Positions 39,882 to 50,762 of a DNA stretch of 64,000 nucleotides are shown here, one piece after another (the first letter of the stretch is position 1; every line of letters begins with the position of its first letter). Below the pieces are notes generated by a model that was given only the letters and a program-made list of their open reading frames with translations, had not been told where the DNA came from and did not search any database. The position numbers were made by a program, and so were the translations under genes. Source of the DNA: Balanoglossus misakiensis (lineage: Eukaryota; Animalia; Hemichordata); NCBI GenBank assembly GCA_040954595.2, contig JBECUI020000031.1, positions 124,001 to 188,000 on the forward strand, given 5' to 3'.

Positions 39882-41160
39882 TGGCGGAATTCTGCCCTCC
39901 CTCTATTTCCAGGGCGTTGACAACGGCATATTTGGAAATGGGTGGTCCCACTAGTTCATTGACAATAACAGAAAGTAAAACTATGTTGACCATCAAATTA
40001 ACTGTAGCAAGTTGTTCAGCAGACAATCCTACCGTTGCAAAAGAAGTCCGAATCATTAAAACCAGCCCAATGGCCACCCCCGCTTGAGGAAGCATACAAA
40101 AACCCATGTATCGACGCACATTCAAATGGCTTTTGGCTATGAGAGCACCTATATAAACCCCAAAATACTTTCCCAAGGCCCGGATAATAATATAAGCCCC
40201 CCCTAACATCAGAATTTCCTTTTGGAACAGGCTTGAGGGATTGATTTCGGCACCAGCTAGAACAAAAAAGATGGCGTAGAGGGGAGGAGTAAGGGGTTCC
40301 AGGTTCCTGAAGAGTCGATGGTTTCGGGGAGAAAGGTTAATAAGAGCTGTCCCAGCAGCCATGTTGGAGAGAAGAGGCGAAAGGTGAAAAATAACAGAGG
40401 CAGCACTAAGCAGAAAGATCCACCCGATAGTAATAATCAGACACTCGCCGCTGTGAGAACTTCTCCTGGTCATGAGATGAATAAGAAAACCAGTAATCAC
40501 CCCGAGAACCAGCGATATAGAAATTTCTTTAAACGCTCCCAATAAAGAGGCCAACGCCAGACCTTCTGTACCAGAGGCAATCCCTGTGGAAGTCAATATG
40601 CCTGAAACTACGGCAACAATCACACCAAAGATAATCACAGCTCCGGCATCATCCAAAGCCACCAGACCGTAAAGTCTGTCAACGAAGGGGCCATGGGCCC
40701 GTAGGGACTGAACAATGGCCACCGTAGAAGCGGGGGCCGTAGCCGTGGCGATGGCCCCTAGAAGCAGGGCGTAGGGAAGGGCCATCCGAAAAACCACAAG
40801 AATCACACTGACGGCTACAAAGGTTAAAACAATCTGCGCCACCGTAAGAATAACCACATCCTTGCCTATACGCCTGAGTTTGGCCAGGGAAAACTCCCCT
40901 CCTATGGTCAGAGCAATAAAGCCAAGTGCAACATCAGTGACAACGTTTCCCTTATCTTCCTGCGGAACAATTCCCAAAACAGCTTCTCCCAGGATGAGTC
41001 CGGCAATAACATAACCTGTAATTGCCGGCAACTTGACTTTTTGAGCCAACTTACCCAGAAAATAACCAAAGACAAGAAGAAGCCCTGTAGAAAAAAGCGT
41101 GTGGTGGGAAACAAGGTCCCTTAAACGGACCAAGTCATGGACAAAGCTGCTCACAAACAT
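39868..41160 (-). CDS. Cation:proton antiporter (Na+/H+ exchanger family)
   Basis: P.ITGY..AG, ALGFIA..IGGE, ATAPA, VALDD, FFVLAG, PQAGVAIGL. Confidence 0.9.
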   Translation of the reverse strand: MFVSSFVHDLVRLRDLVSHHTLFSTGLLLVFGYFLGKLAQKVKLPAITGYVIAGLILGEAVLGIVPQEDKGNVVTDVALGFIALTIGGEFSLAKLRRIGKDVVILTVAQIVLTFVAVSVILVVFRMALPYALLLGAIATATAPASTVAIVQSLRAHGPFVDRLYGLVALDDAGAVIIFGVIVAVVSGILTSTGIASGTEGLALASLLGAFKEISISLVLGVITGFLIHLMTRRSSHSGECLIITIGWIFLLSAASVIFHLSPLLSNMAAGTALINLSPRNHRLFRNLEPLTPPLYAIFFVLAGAEINPSSLFQKEILMLGGAYIIIRALGKYFGVYIGALIAKSHLNVRRYMGFCMLPQAGVAIGLVLMIRTSFATVGLSAEQLATVNLMVNIVLLSVIVNELVGPPISKYAVVNALEIEGGQNSANGTF

Positions 41161-41214
41161 CCTAACTCAGGCAGAACCCACCCCTTGACGGGGGGAGAAA
41201 CAGAAATTTCCCTA

Positions 41215-41721
41215 TTAATTTTTGACTGCTTTTAGGGCAGAATCGTAATCGGGTTCGTTCGTGATCTCCGCCACTTGTTCTGTATGAACGATACGACCCT
41301 CTTTGTCAATGACAACAACAGCCCTGCTAAGAAGCCCCTGTAAAGGACCGTCAGCAAAACGAACCTGGTAGGCATCGCTGAAGGAAGTATCTTTTATTTC
41401 CGAAGCTGGGATGATATGGCTTAAGTTCTCGGCCTTGTAAAAACGGCCCTGGGCAAAGGGAGTATCCCGGGAGATACAGATAACAACAACTTCATTCCCC
41501 AATTTAGCAACTTCTTTTTCGAACTTCTGCGTAGAAATGGCGCAAACCCCCGTATCGATACTAGGAAAAATATTCAAGATTACATTTTTCCCTGAATAGA
41601 GGGAAAGTTTAATATCTTGCAGGTCAAGGGACGTCAGCGTGAAGTCGGGTGCCTTGGAACCTTGAGCTGGAAGATTACCAATCGTCTTCATCGGGTTACC
41701 GTTAAAAGTTACTACTGCCAT
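41215..41721 (-). CDS. tpx: Thiol peroxidase (Tpx-type peroxiredoxin)
   Basis: IFPSIDTGVC, IS.D.PFAQ.RF, GLLSRAV, EI..EPDY; AGGAG SD before the ATG at 41721. Confidence 0.93.
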   Translation of the reverse strand: MAVVTFNGNPMKTIGNLPAQGSKAPDFTLTSLDLQDIKLSLYSGKNVILNIFPSIDTGVCAISTQKFEKEVAKLGNEVVVICISRDTPFAQGRFYKAENLSHIIPASEIKDTSFSDAYQVRFADGPLQGLLSRAVVVIDKEGRIVHTEQVAEITNEPDYDSALKAVKN

Positions 41722-42332
41722 AAAAACTCCTATGATATCTGTATTAATTTTTAAGACTATACCCAGACTCTCAAAAAATGGCAAGTATGCACAGACTTCG
41801 AAACCTTCCTTCTGACTGGCAGCATAGAAGTTTTATTTGACGTTCTAAGCTTTAAGGGCCTGTACCTGATAGGACAGTACACTTAGAGAATCTTTCTTCA
41901 AGGCTGGTTATTTCGGCAAGTTATGCTATAAATTGTTGTGAGTCATAGTTGCTGAATAACTTCGATCTGCAATGTTTAGCTTTTTTGAAGATTAACTTGT
42001 GTTTTTTAGAAAAAGTGCTATAGTGATAGTAGAAGGTTTTCCCTACACTTCGGTTAAGGAGTTGCCTATCGAAGAAAGTATAAAAAAGGGCTTGAATACC
42101 CCACATTTTTATTGAGTTACCGTATGCGGGGGGAAGTTTACAGAAAATTTCTTATCAGCCTGGGAGTATAGAGGCTGTGCTGGAGATAAGTAAGAAATAT
42201 CCCCTAGGGAGCTTCGATAGAACAAAAAACTTATAGTAAGTATAAGGTGAAGTTAGTTAATATCTGGTGTATATAAGCCCTAATAAAACAAAAGACATTG
42301 AAACATCAACAGCGAATGCTGAAAAACAATAA

Positions 42333-42383
42333 CCCTAGGGCTATGGCCCAGGGATAAAGGCTGGTTTTATGCCAGCCTTTTTT
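42333..42383 (+). terminator. Hairpin plus strong intrinsic terminator with no upstream plus-strand gene
   Basis: ccct(a)gggc-tatg-gcccaggg, then aaaggctgg-ttttatg-ccagcc-T6. Confidence 0.7.
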
Positions 42384-42572
42384 CATCAGCGGACACAAGA
42401 ACGTTAAAGACCGAAGAAAAAGCCTCGTGGTGAGTTCATCAGAACAACCAGGCTTGAGAGGATCTTCCAAATCCAGATCAGTTCTTCATGGAAAACTTAC
42501 CTGGTTTCTGAAGGCTTCTTTGACTAAAGGACAAGAAAGGTTCCTGTGCTTTGGGAAAGATCCGATAGGAAA

Positions 42573-42872
42573 TCAGTACCGGCGGCTCCGGGACAGGAAA
42601 ACAATAAAACCAAGTGCCAGAAACACATAGGGTATTACCGCCAAAATTAGCTTAAGAAGAGAGATACCTTCTCCAATAACAATGTTGTAGGGAAATATTC
42701 CCAGACTGACCAACACCGTATAGAGGCTCTCGGCAAAAAGAAAAAGGGTCCCCAACACAACAAGCATCCAGGCGGGGTCCCGGGTTCGTGACCAGAGAGC
42801 TATAGCTGGAAATGCCGCCACAAAGGCTGCCGCCAACCTGGCAAAGTGCGTCATAACTATTTCAAATTCCAT
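42573..42872 (-). CDS. Small 3-TM hypothetical membrane protein
   Basis: 99 aa, three hydrophobic segments, AI.LWS.TRD.AWML; AAGGA SD-like sequence. Confidence 0.7.
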   Translation of the reverse strand: MEFEIVMTHFARLAAAFVAAFPAIALWSRTRDPAWMLVVLGTLFLFAESLYTVLVSLGIFPYNIVIGEGISLLKLILAVIPYVFLALGFIVFLSRSRRY

Positions 42873-43105
42873 AAATCTCTTCCTTAAGTTCCCGAGGTAA
42901 ACTGTATTCTAAACAAGACCACCATTTTTTCCTACTATCGACCTAGATAAAGAAGGTCCCATTGAACTCTTTTGACTGCGTTTTGCGTTTTAGAATGAGG
43001 AAATGATGGGCAGACATAGGATGTTTTTCCAAAATGTTATACTATCTTCCAAGCTTGGTGTTCAAAGCAAGGACTTTGGAAAACTGGAGAACTTTCAAGA
43101 GGCAT

Positions 43106-44023
43106 ATGAAACTGATACATAAACCCTTATTGATTCTGGATGGTGCCTGTGGTACCAGTATCCAGAATATGAAATTACCTGATACAGTATGGGATGGCAA
43201 TGATGGCTGCAATGAATACTTGAATCTCAGCTGTCCTGAAAAGATAAGCATGATGCACCGGGAGTTTCTTGAGGCCGGGGCAGATCTTATTGAAACCAAT
43301 ACCTTTGGCGGCACAAGGATAGTGCTTAGCGAATACGATTTACAAGATAAGACCAGAGCAATTAATCTGGCAGGGGTGGAGGCTGCCCGTAAGGCTGTTG
43401 CGGATTTCGGCTACGGGTGGGTGGCTGGTTCCTGCGGTCCTGGAACAAAGCTTCCCTCCATGGGGCATATCAGCCCCCAGGAACTTACAAATGCCTACAG
43501 AGAACAGGTAGAAGCTTTGCTGGAAGCTGGGGTGGATCTTCTGATTTTTGAAACGTCCCAAGATATCTTGCAATTAAAGTTAGCCCTGACAAGCGCATAC
43601 GAGGTTATGGGAGACCAAAGTATTCCTATCATCGCCTCTGTTACTATAGAAAAAACTGGAACTATGTTAACCGGAACGGATATTGCGGCGGCAGCAAGCA
43701 TCATTGAGCCATTCCCGGTTTTTGCCTTTGGCTTAAACTGTGCCACGGGGCCTGAAGACATGCAGTCCAGTATTCATTGGCTGAATCACAACTGGGAAGG
43801 GCGTATCTCCTGCGTGCCGAACCAGGGTCTGCCTTCAATTGTGGATGGGAAGCCTAGCTATCCTCTGGAACCCGATAAATTTGCCGAAGAGATGAAAGCC
43901 TTTGTACAGAAATGGGGAATCTCCGTAGTGGGAGGGTGCTGTGGTTCCACCCCATCCCATATCGCTGCAATGAAACGGAAGCTGGAAGGTATTGTTCCTG
44001 CTCCTCGGGAAGTCAATAAATGA
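43106..44023 (+). CDS. metH: Cobalamin-dependent methionine synthase, homocysteine-binding domain (N-terminal part)
   Basis: DGA.GT.IQ, GAD.IETNTFG, GLNCATGP, GGCCG.TP.HI. Confidence 0.88.
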   Translation: MKLIHKPLLILDGACGTSIQNMKLPDTVWDGNDGCNEYLNLSCPEKISMMHREFLEAGADLIETNTFGGTRIVLSEYDLQDKTRAINLAGVEAARKAVADFGYGWVAGSCGPGTKLPSMGHISPQELTNAYREQVEALLEAGVDLLIFETSQDILQLKLALTSAYEVMGDQSIPIIASVTIEKTGTMLTGTDIAAAASIIEPFPVFAFGLNCATGPEDMQSSIHWLNHNWEGRISCVPNQGLPSIVDGKPSYPLEPDKFAEEMKAFVQKWGISVVGGCCGSTPSHIAAMKRKLEGIVPAPREVNK

Positions 44024-46473
44024 AACCTAGCATAGCAAGTCTTTACGAATCCGTAGAGCTAATCCAACCCATCAGACCTCTCATCATCGGGGAACGATGC
44101 AACGCCAATGGGTCTAAAAAGTTCCTTAAGAATCTTTTAGCGGATGATTATGACTCCTGTTTGGTCATGGCACGAGAACAGGAACAAGCCGGGGCCCATG
44201 TGATAGATCTGTGTACCGCCTATGCAGGACGAGATGAAAGCAAGGATATGGAGGCTCTGATTCCTCTGTTTGCCAGTTCTCTGAAAATCCCTTTGATGAT
44301 CGATTCCACCACTCCCGACGTGATTGAACGCAGCCTGCAACTCTATCCAGGAAGATGCGTTATCAATTCGGTAAATTTAGAAGATGGCGGAAAAAACATC
44401 TACAGGGTGCTGAAGCTGGTAAAAAAGTATGGTGCTACCGTAGTTGCCTTGACCATTGATGCCGATGGTATGGCAAGAACCGCCGAGGCAAAACTGGCTA
44501 TAGCAAAGAAAATACACAGCATCGCCATAAACGAAATAGGACTGCGCCCCAAGGATCTTCTGTTTGATACACTAACCTTTACCGTAGGGGCAGGTGACGA
44601 AAGTCTGCGGGATGCAGCTATCCAGACCATCAATGCCATCAGAGGGATCAAAGAAACTCTCCCCGGATGCCTGACCATACTGGGCTTGAGCAATATATCC
44701 TTTGGTCTTTCCGCTCCTTCCCGGCGTATTTTAAATGCGGTGTTTCTTGCCGAAGCTCTGGAAGCTGGCCTGGATTCCTGTATTATCGATGCGGCAAAGA
44801 TTATTCCTCTGGCTTCCATTAACCAGGAAGATCGAGAAATCTGCCTGGATCTTCTTTATGACAGGGTTAAGGACGACAAAAAATCACCACTTCTGCTGTT
44901 CATTGACCACTTCTCCGATGCCACAACAGACAAGGACAATAAGGAAGAGGATCAGAAACAAAAGCCAGTAGAGCTACAACTTTACAATAAGCTTGTGGCA
45001 GGAGATAAGGAGGACTTGACCGATGTGCTGGATATTCTGCTCCAGCGCCGGTCTCCCATGGGAATTATCAACGACATTCTGATTCCTGCCATGCGGCATG
45101 TTGGGGAGTTCTTTGGCAGAGGGGAAATCTTGCTGCCTTTTGTTTTGCAGTCGGCAGAAATCATGAAGGCATCGGTTCGTTACCTGGAACCGATGCTTGA
45201 AAAAGCCGACAACGAGAATCAGATTAAAATTCTTCTGGCCACAGTACAGGGAGATGTTCACGACATCGGAAAGAACCTGGTGGACATTATTTTGAGCAAC
45301 AACGGCTACAAAGTATACAATATAGGAATCAAGGTTCCAGCAGAAACCATTATCCAAAAATCCAAAGAGTTTAATGTGGACATCATCGGACTAAGCGGCT
45401 TACTGGTCAAGTCTGCGATGATAATGCAGGAAAGCATGAGCCAATACGAAGAAGCGGGTCTGAAGGTTCCCATTTTTCTAGGCGGTGCAGCTCTAACCAG
45501 AAAGTTTGTGGCCGAAAGCTGCGTTCCTGATTACACCCCGCCGGTTGTGTACAATTCCGATGCCTTTGCTGCGTTGAAAAACCTTCGGGACTTTGAAGAG
45601 GGTACCCTTAAAGCTACAACCTGGGAAGAAGAAAGCGGAGCTGGAGCTGTGCTGCCGGGAAGAAAGGATGCTTCCATACAAAGGGATAATCCTGTTCCCG
45701 AGCCCCCCTTCCTTGGTGACCGTATTGTCCGCGACATAGACCTGGAAGAAGTTTTGTCTTATATCAACAAGCAGGCACTGTTCCGAGGGCGCTGGGGATA
45801 CCGCCGGGCGAAAATGTCGGCTGAGGAATACCAAGAGCTGATTGCGACCAAGGTGGAGCCTCTTTATCAGGAGTTTCGTCGACAGTTTCTCCAGGAAGGT
45901 TTGATCCAACCGGCAGCAGCCTACGGGTATTTTGCCTGTGAGAGCCGAGAAAATCATTTGATCATGCATCATGAAGGTAGAGAATACGACTTTGGCTTTC
46001 CACGGCAGGACGAGCTTCCCTTCTTGTGTCTTTCCGATTATTATAAATCCTCCGAAGAAGGCAGCGATGTGGCGGGACTTTTTGTTGTAACCATTGGCCC
46101 GGAAGTCTCAAAGCAGACGGCCAAATTATTCGAGGCGGATGCCTATCATGACTATCTGATGCTCCATGCCTTCAGTGTGGAAGTCACCGATGCCCTGGCG
46201 GAATACTGGCATAAACGCATGCGTAAGGAACTGGGGATAGCCGATAATGAGCCGGAAAATATTCATGGATACGTGACTCAACAGTACCAAGGGTCCCGTT
46301 ACGGTTTTGGTTATCCCTCATGTCCCGACATCGAAGCCCATGGCCTGGTCTTCGACATGCTAAAGCCCGAACGCATAGGGATCACTTTGACCGAAAGCTA
46401 CGAGATGGTCCCTGAACAGAGCACTTCCGCCTTGGTGGCTCATCATCCCCAAGCAAAGTATTTTGCCGTATAA
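44020..46473 (+). CDS. metH: Cobalamin-dependent methionine synthase, pterin-binding, B12-binding and reactivation domains
   Basis: [55 protein letters not shown]. Confidence 0.92.
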   Translation: MKPSIASLYESVELIQPIRPLIIGERCNANGSKKFLKNLLADDYDSCLVMAREQEQAGAHVIDLCTAYAGRDESKDMEALIPLFASSLKIPLMIDSTTPDVIERSLQLYPGRCVINSVNLEDGGKNIYRVLKLVKKYGATVVALTIDADGMARTAEAKLAIAKKIHSIAINEIGLRPKDLLFDTLTFTVGAGDESLRDAAIQTINAIRGIKETLPGCLTILGLSNISFGLSAPSRRILNAVFLAEALEAGLDSCIIDAAKIIPLASINQEDREICLDLLYDRVKDDKKSPLLLFIDHFSDATTDKDNKEEDQKQKPVELQLYNKLVAGDKEDLTDVLDILLQRRSPMGIINDILIPAMRHVGEFFGRGEILLPFVLQSAEIMKASVRYLEPMLEKADNENQIKILLATVQGDVHDIGKNLVDIILSNNGYKVYNIGIKVPAETIIQKSKEFNVDIIGLSGLLVKSAMIMQESMSQYEEAGLKVPIFLGGAALTRKFVAESCVPDYTPPVVYNSDAFAALKNLRDFEEGTLKATTWEEESGAGAVLPGRKDASIQRDNPVPEPPFLGDRIVRDIDLEEVLSYINKQALFRGRWGYRRAKMSAEEYQELIATKVEPLYQEFRRQFLQEGLIQPAAAYGYFACESRENHLIMHHEGREYDFGFPRQDELPFLCLSDYYKSSEEGSDVAGLFVVTIGPEVSKQTAKLFEADAYHDYLMLHAFSVEVTDALAEYWHKRMRKELGIADNEPENIHGYVTQQYQGSRYGFGYPSCPDIEAHGLVFDMLKPERIGITLTESYEMVPEQSTSALVAHHPQAKYFAV

Positions 46474-46483
46474 AAGGATAACT

Positions 46484-46642
46484 GTGACCTATATTTGTAT
46501 TAACTGCGGCTATATTTATGACCCACAAGAAGGCGATCCCATGGGGAAAATTCCTCCCGGGACGGCCTTTGAAGACCTGCCGGATACCTGGGTCTGTCCC
46601 ATGTGTTACTCCGGGAAGGATCTCTTTGACCCCATGGATTAG
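46484..46642 (+). CDS. Rubredoxin (52 aa, not in the ORF track)
   Basis: AAGGA SD, GTG start; [52 protein letters not shown] with two CxxC motifs. Confidence 0.95.
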   Translation: MTYICINCGYIYDPQEGDPMGKIPPGTAFEDLPDTWVCPMCYSGKDLFDPMD

Positions 46643-46652
46643 GTGATTTGAA

Positions 46653-48512
46653 ATGCAATCTATTGCAAAACGATTGGAGGAAAAACCTCTGATATTTGAT
46701 GGTGCCATGGGGACCATGCTTTACGACAGGGGAGTATTCCTTAACCGCTGTTTTGATGAACTGAACCTGAGTTCTCCAAACCTGGTTGATAAAATTCATC
46801 GGGAATACCAGGAAGCCGGAGCCGAAGTTCTGGAAACCAACTCTTTTGGAGCCAACAGAATCAGACTTACTCCCTATGGACTGGAAAAAAAGGTAGAGGA
46901 AATCAATATAGCCGCCGCCGAACTGGCCCGCCGGAATGCCAAGGAGGGAATGTATGTGGCCGGCTCCATGGGTCCCTGCCTCAAACCTGGTCAGTTGCTT
47001 ACCAAAGACAGGACTGAAAAGTTAGCTGAGGTATACCGGGAGCAAGCTGAAGCTCTTAAAAAAGGAGGGGTGGATATGCTCCTTCTGGAAACCTTTAGCC
47101 ACAGCGATGAACTCTTGATAGCCGCCAAAACCTGCTCGGCCCTAGGCTTACCCATAGGCGCCTCTTTTACTCTTACCGACGAAGGCGGCTCCCCGGGCGG
47201 TGAGAACCTGCACAGCATAATGCAGAAACTTGACAAAAGTCCAGATATCCTAATAATCGGCATGAATTGCGGTACTGGTCCATCTCATCTCTACGAATGG
47301 CTGCGGGAAGCAAGAGAATACACTAAAAAGCCGCTTATTGTGCTTCCCAATGCAGGATTCCCCCAGGAAAAAGATGGTCGGATGGTTTACCTGGCTAACC
47401 CGGAGTATTTTGCTGAATACGCAAAAAAATTTCTCGAATTGGGGGCTCGGGGACTGGGAGGTTGCTGTGGAACCACACCGAAGCATATCAGGATCTTGTC
47501 CCGGAGTATTGGGTCAATAAACGTAGTCAGGAAGCCTATAAAAGTCAGGCCCATTGTAGAGGAATCTCTGGATTTTCAAGCCATGCCCCAGGAAAAAAAA
47601 TCCAGGCTGGCCAGCCTGCTTAAACAGGGGACCAAAGTTACTTCCGTAGAAATTACTCCTCCAAGAAGCTCAGATTTAAGCTCCTTTATCAGCAAAGCCT
47701 GTATCTGTGCCGAGCATGGGGTTGATGCCGTCAACATCCCCGACGGGCCTAGGGCCAGCGCCAGAGTATCTCCCATGATCGCTGCAGCGGCTGTACAGAA
47801 AGAAGGAGATATTGAAGCTATTCTCCATTACACCTGCCGAGATAGGAATCTTTTGGGTATACAGTCGGATATTCTAGGCAGTGTAACTTTAGGACTGAAA
47901 AATTTTCTCATTATTACCGGCGACTCTCCTAAGGTAGGGGATTACCCTGATGTGACAGGAGTCTTTGATGTGGACGCCATTGGCCTTACCCAGTTAGTTC
48001 ATAACCTGAACTATGGGAAAGACTTCGGCGGAAAACCCATAAGCCCTCCCACCTCCCTTTTAATTGGCGTAGGAGCCAATCCCTGTGCGGTTTCCCTGGA
48101 ACGGGAACTGGAGCGCTATCGCATGAAAATTGAAGCTGGTGCAGAGTTCACCATCACCCAGCCTGTTTTTTCCCCCCAGGCTCTTATAGATTTTCTAGAA
48201 AAAGCATCGGCCTTTAAAGAGATCCCGGTGATTGCGGGAGTATGGCCCTTAGTGAGTTTTAAAAACGCCGAATTTATGCGTAATGAGGTTCTCGGTGTGG
48301 AGGTCCCCGACTCGGTGATGGAACGGATGAGCCAATGCCAAACCCGAGAAGAAGGCATTGCCGAGGGATTGAAAATTGCTTCGGAGATATGCAGGGCCAT
48401 TGATTCCTACGTTCAAGGTTTTCAAGTAAGTGCTCCCTTCGGTAAGGTGGAGCTTGCTCTGGAAGTACTGGGCAAGAATAAAAGAACAGAGATTGAGAGT
48501 AATAGATTATGA
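46653..48512 (+). CDS. Bifunctional homocysteine S-methyltransferase / methylenetetrahydrofolate reductase (YitJ-like)
   Basis: DGAMGT, GMNC, PNAG.P, GGCCGTTP.HI fused to VEI.PP, NIPD.P, H.TCRDRN, TGD, ITQPVF. Confidence 0.92.
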   Translation: MQSIAKRLEEKPLIFDGAMGTMLYDRGVFLNRCFDELNLSSPNLVDKIHREYQEAGAEVLETNSFGANRIRLTPYGLEKKVEEINIAAAELARRNAKEGMYVAGSMGPCLKPGQLLTKDRTEKLAEVYREQAEALKKGGVDMLLLETFSHSDELLIAAKTCSALGLPIGASFTLTDEGGSPGGENLHSIMQKLDKSPDILIIGMNCGTGPSHLYEWLREAREYTKKPLIVLPNAGFPQEKDGRMVYLANPEYFAEYAKKFLELGARGLGGCCGTTPKHIRILSRSIGSINVVRKPIKVRPIVEESLDFQAMPQEKKSRLASLLKQGTKVTSVEITPPRSSDLSSFISKACICAEHGVDAVNIPDGPRASARVSPMIAAAAVQKEGDIEAILHYTCRDRNLLGIQSDILGSVTLGLKNFLIITGDSPKVGDYPDVTGVFDVDAIGLTQLVHNLNYGKDFGGKPISPPTSLLIGVGANPCAVSLERELERYRMKIEAGAEFTITQPVFSPQALIDFLEKASAFKEIPVIAGVWPLVSFKNAEFMRNEVLGVEVPDSVMERMSQCQTREEGIAEGLKIASEICRAIDSYVQGFQVSAPFGKVELALEVLGKNKRTEIESNRL

Positions 48513-49241
48513 GTAATTGGATAAAGGACAAGACAACCATGCTATTCATCGGTGATAGCATTACCGACTGTGAACGACTTCAGACGGAGCATTCCCTTGG
48601 GGTTGGCTATGTAAGCATCTACTATGAGCTGCTCACCGCCATGTATCCGGAACGTGTTCTTCGTTGCATCAATAGGGGAATTAACGGCAACCGCATTACC
48701 GATCTAAAAGAACGCTGGCATAAGGATGTGCTTCTCCACAGACCTAACAGGCTTTCTCTCCTGATCGGTATTAACGATCTGCACAGCGTGCTGAGAGACG
48801 AACCCGACGCCGTGCCGCCGAAGTTATTCAGAAAGATCTACGATGAGTTGTTGTCACTGACAGGAAAAAGAATTGGGGTGTCCGGTAGTCCTGTTAACAC
48901 CTTTTTACATATTGGAGCATAACTCAAAGGACAGCTTTGGGACCAAGGTCTTGGATCTCCTCTCTCACTACATAGAAACGGTTGAAGAGATGAGCCGTAA
49001 GTACAACACCATACTGGTAAATGTCCATAATACTTTTAAACGACAGCTAAAATTCAGGGCGGCAGAAATTTTCTGTGAGGAACCCGTGCACCCTAACCAT
49101 ACAGGACACGTGGTCATAGCCCAGGCTCTTCTGGAAGCGACAGAGGATGGAGCAAGGAATCAGGGGCATAGAACAGCACCAGAAAGCAAGGCTAGGAGAA
49201 GATCGTCAGGACAGGTTCTGAAGGTCATGAAGAAGCCTTGA
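48509..49241 (+). pseudogene. SGNH/GDSL hydrolase split by a frameshift near 48865
   Basis: FIGDSITD, NRGING, IGIND in the first frame; VHPN..GH in the second frame. Confidence 0.8.
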
Positions 49242-49287
49242 GGGGTTGGGGACCTTGGGGCTCAGGAAATCTAGGCTACTTGAGAAT

Positions 49288-50430
49288 TCAGGCACAATTT
49301 ACCCAAAGGCCGCCTTTTTTTGAGCTTTCCACGCATTTTTCAATGAATCTGACCCCTTGAAGTCCTTCTTCGACACTGGGGAAGTCCAGATCGTTCTCAT
49401 CCAGAGTCTCACCTGCCTGCTTTTTCCTCAAAGCTCCAATGTAAGTTTTGTACAGGTTGGCAAGTGCCTCAAAAAAGCCCTCAGGATGGCCGGAAGGAAT
49501 CCGGGAAAGGCCAGAGGCCCTGGAAGAAAGGGGTCCCCGACCCCTAGAGAGGCGTGTGGCCGGCTTATCTTTTTGGGTAAGATGCAAATAATTGGGATCT
49601 TCCTGACGCCAGATAAGAGAACCCTGGCTACCGTAGACCCGCAACACTAAACCATTACTGTGGCCAATGGCAATTTGGCTGCACCAGTAAAGCCCCTTGG
49701 CACCCTCTTGATAGTCACCAGAATCGAGGCATTGTCATCCAAGGCTCTGCCAGATACCATAATGTCCAGCCGGGCACAGAGCCGACTAATTTTCAGTCCT
49801 GTCAGATAAGACACCATATTTTCAATATGACTTCCTATATCGCCGACGCAGTTGGATGGTCCACTGAAGGCCGGATCAGTACGCCAGGCGGCCTGCTTGT
49901 GCCCTTCCCGCTCTATGGGATCAACCAGCCATTCCTGGAGATATTCAGCCTGCACAAAGCGGATAGAACCAAGGTCACCCTGCGCAACCATGTCCCGGGC
50001 ATGTTTAACCAAGGGATAACCAGTGTAGGTGTAGGTAACTCCAAAAAGGAGATTCTTCTTTTTAGCCAGAGAGGAGAGTTCTTCAGCCTGGAAAGAATCC
50101 GTGCTAAGGGCTTATCGCAGACTACATTGATGTTTTTTTCCAAAAAGGTCTTAGCTATGGCATAATGGGACTCATTGGTGGTCACAATCACCACAAATTC
50201 AATACCATCTTTTCGGCTCGCTTCTTTAACGGCCATCTCCTCATAGTTTTGGTAAAGCCTGTCCCGAGATAGCCCCAAGGCCAGTCCCGTATCCAGAGTT
50301 TTAGCGGACTGCGGCTAAAACACCCGGCAGTCAGACAGGCCATGCCATCCAAACTTATGGCCTTACGATGAACATCTCCGATTAAAGCTCCTTTGCCTCC
50401 GCCTACCATACCGTATCTCATGGATATCAT
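49288..50430 (-). pseudogene. Gfo/Idh/MocA oxidoreductase in four frameshifted pieces
   Basis: GMVGGG.GA.IG.VH, CDKP, WRTDP..SG...GDIGSH, LDD.A, P.GHPEG..EA.AN.Y spread across ORFs 50188-50454, 49913-50278, 49647-50012 and 49288-49647. Confidence 0.85.
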
Positions 50431-50590
50431 TGGGAATACTCCTGAAAGCAACATTGAAATTCTACTGGGATGTCCCCTCGGAAATTTCCTTCAGATTGAG
50501 ACTAACATAGCAGCAGGGAAGGAACAAGGGAAAACCCAGCTAGGTTTATCCTTAGGTACCTATCCGATTTTCTGATACACAAGGAAACCC

Positions 50591-50619
50591 TTGACATTTC
50601 CTGACTATGTTTTTAAACT
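50591..50619 (+). promoter_or_regulatory. sigma70 promoter of tRNA-Phe
   Basis: TTGACA-17-TAAACT. Confidence 0.75.
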
Positions 50620-50632
50620 ATCTCTAGTCATT

Positions 50633-50705
50633 GCCGCTGTAGCTCAGGTGGTAGAGCAGTGGACTGAAAATCCATGTGTCAAGAGTTCAAATCTCTTCGG
50701 TGGCA
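50633..50705 (+). tRNA. tRNA-Phe(GAA)
   Basis: Acceptor stem gccgctg/cggtggc, AGCTCAG.TGGTAGAGC, anticodon loop CTGAAAA, GTTCAAATC. Confidence 0.95.
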
Positions 50706-50762
50706 TAGAGAGTGATTTTTCTTTTGTAAGTGAAAATCTTTTCTTTTTGAGCGCTACGCTTA

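Noticed and set aside
42880-43105. SAM or cobalamin riboswitch upstream of metH
   Set aside because: No recognisable S-box or B12-box core could be identified by eye; an Rfam scan would settle it.
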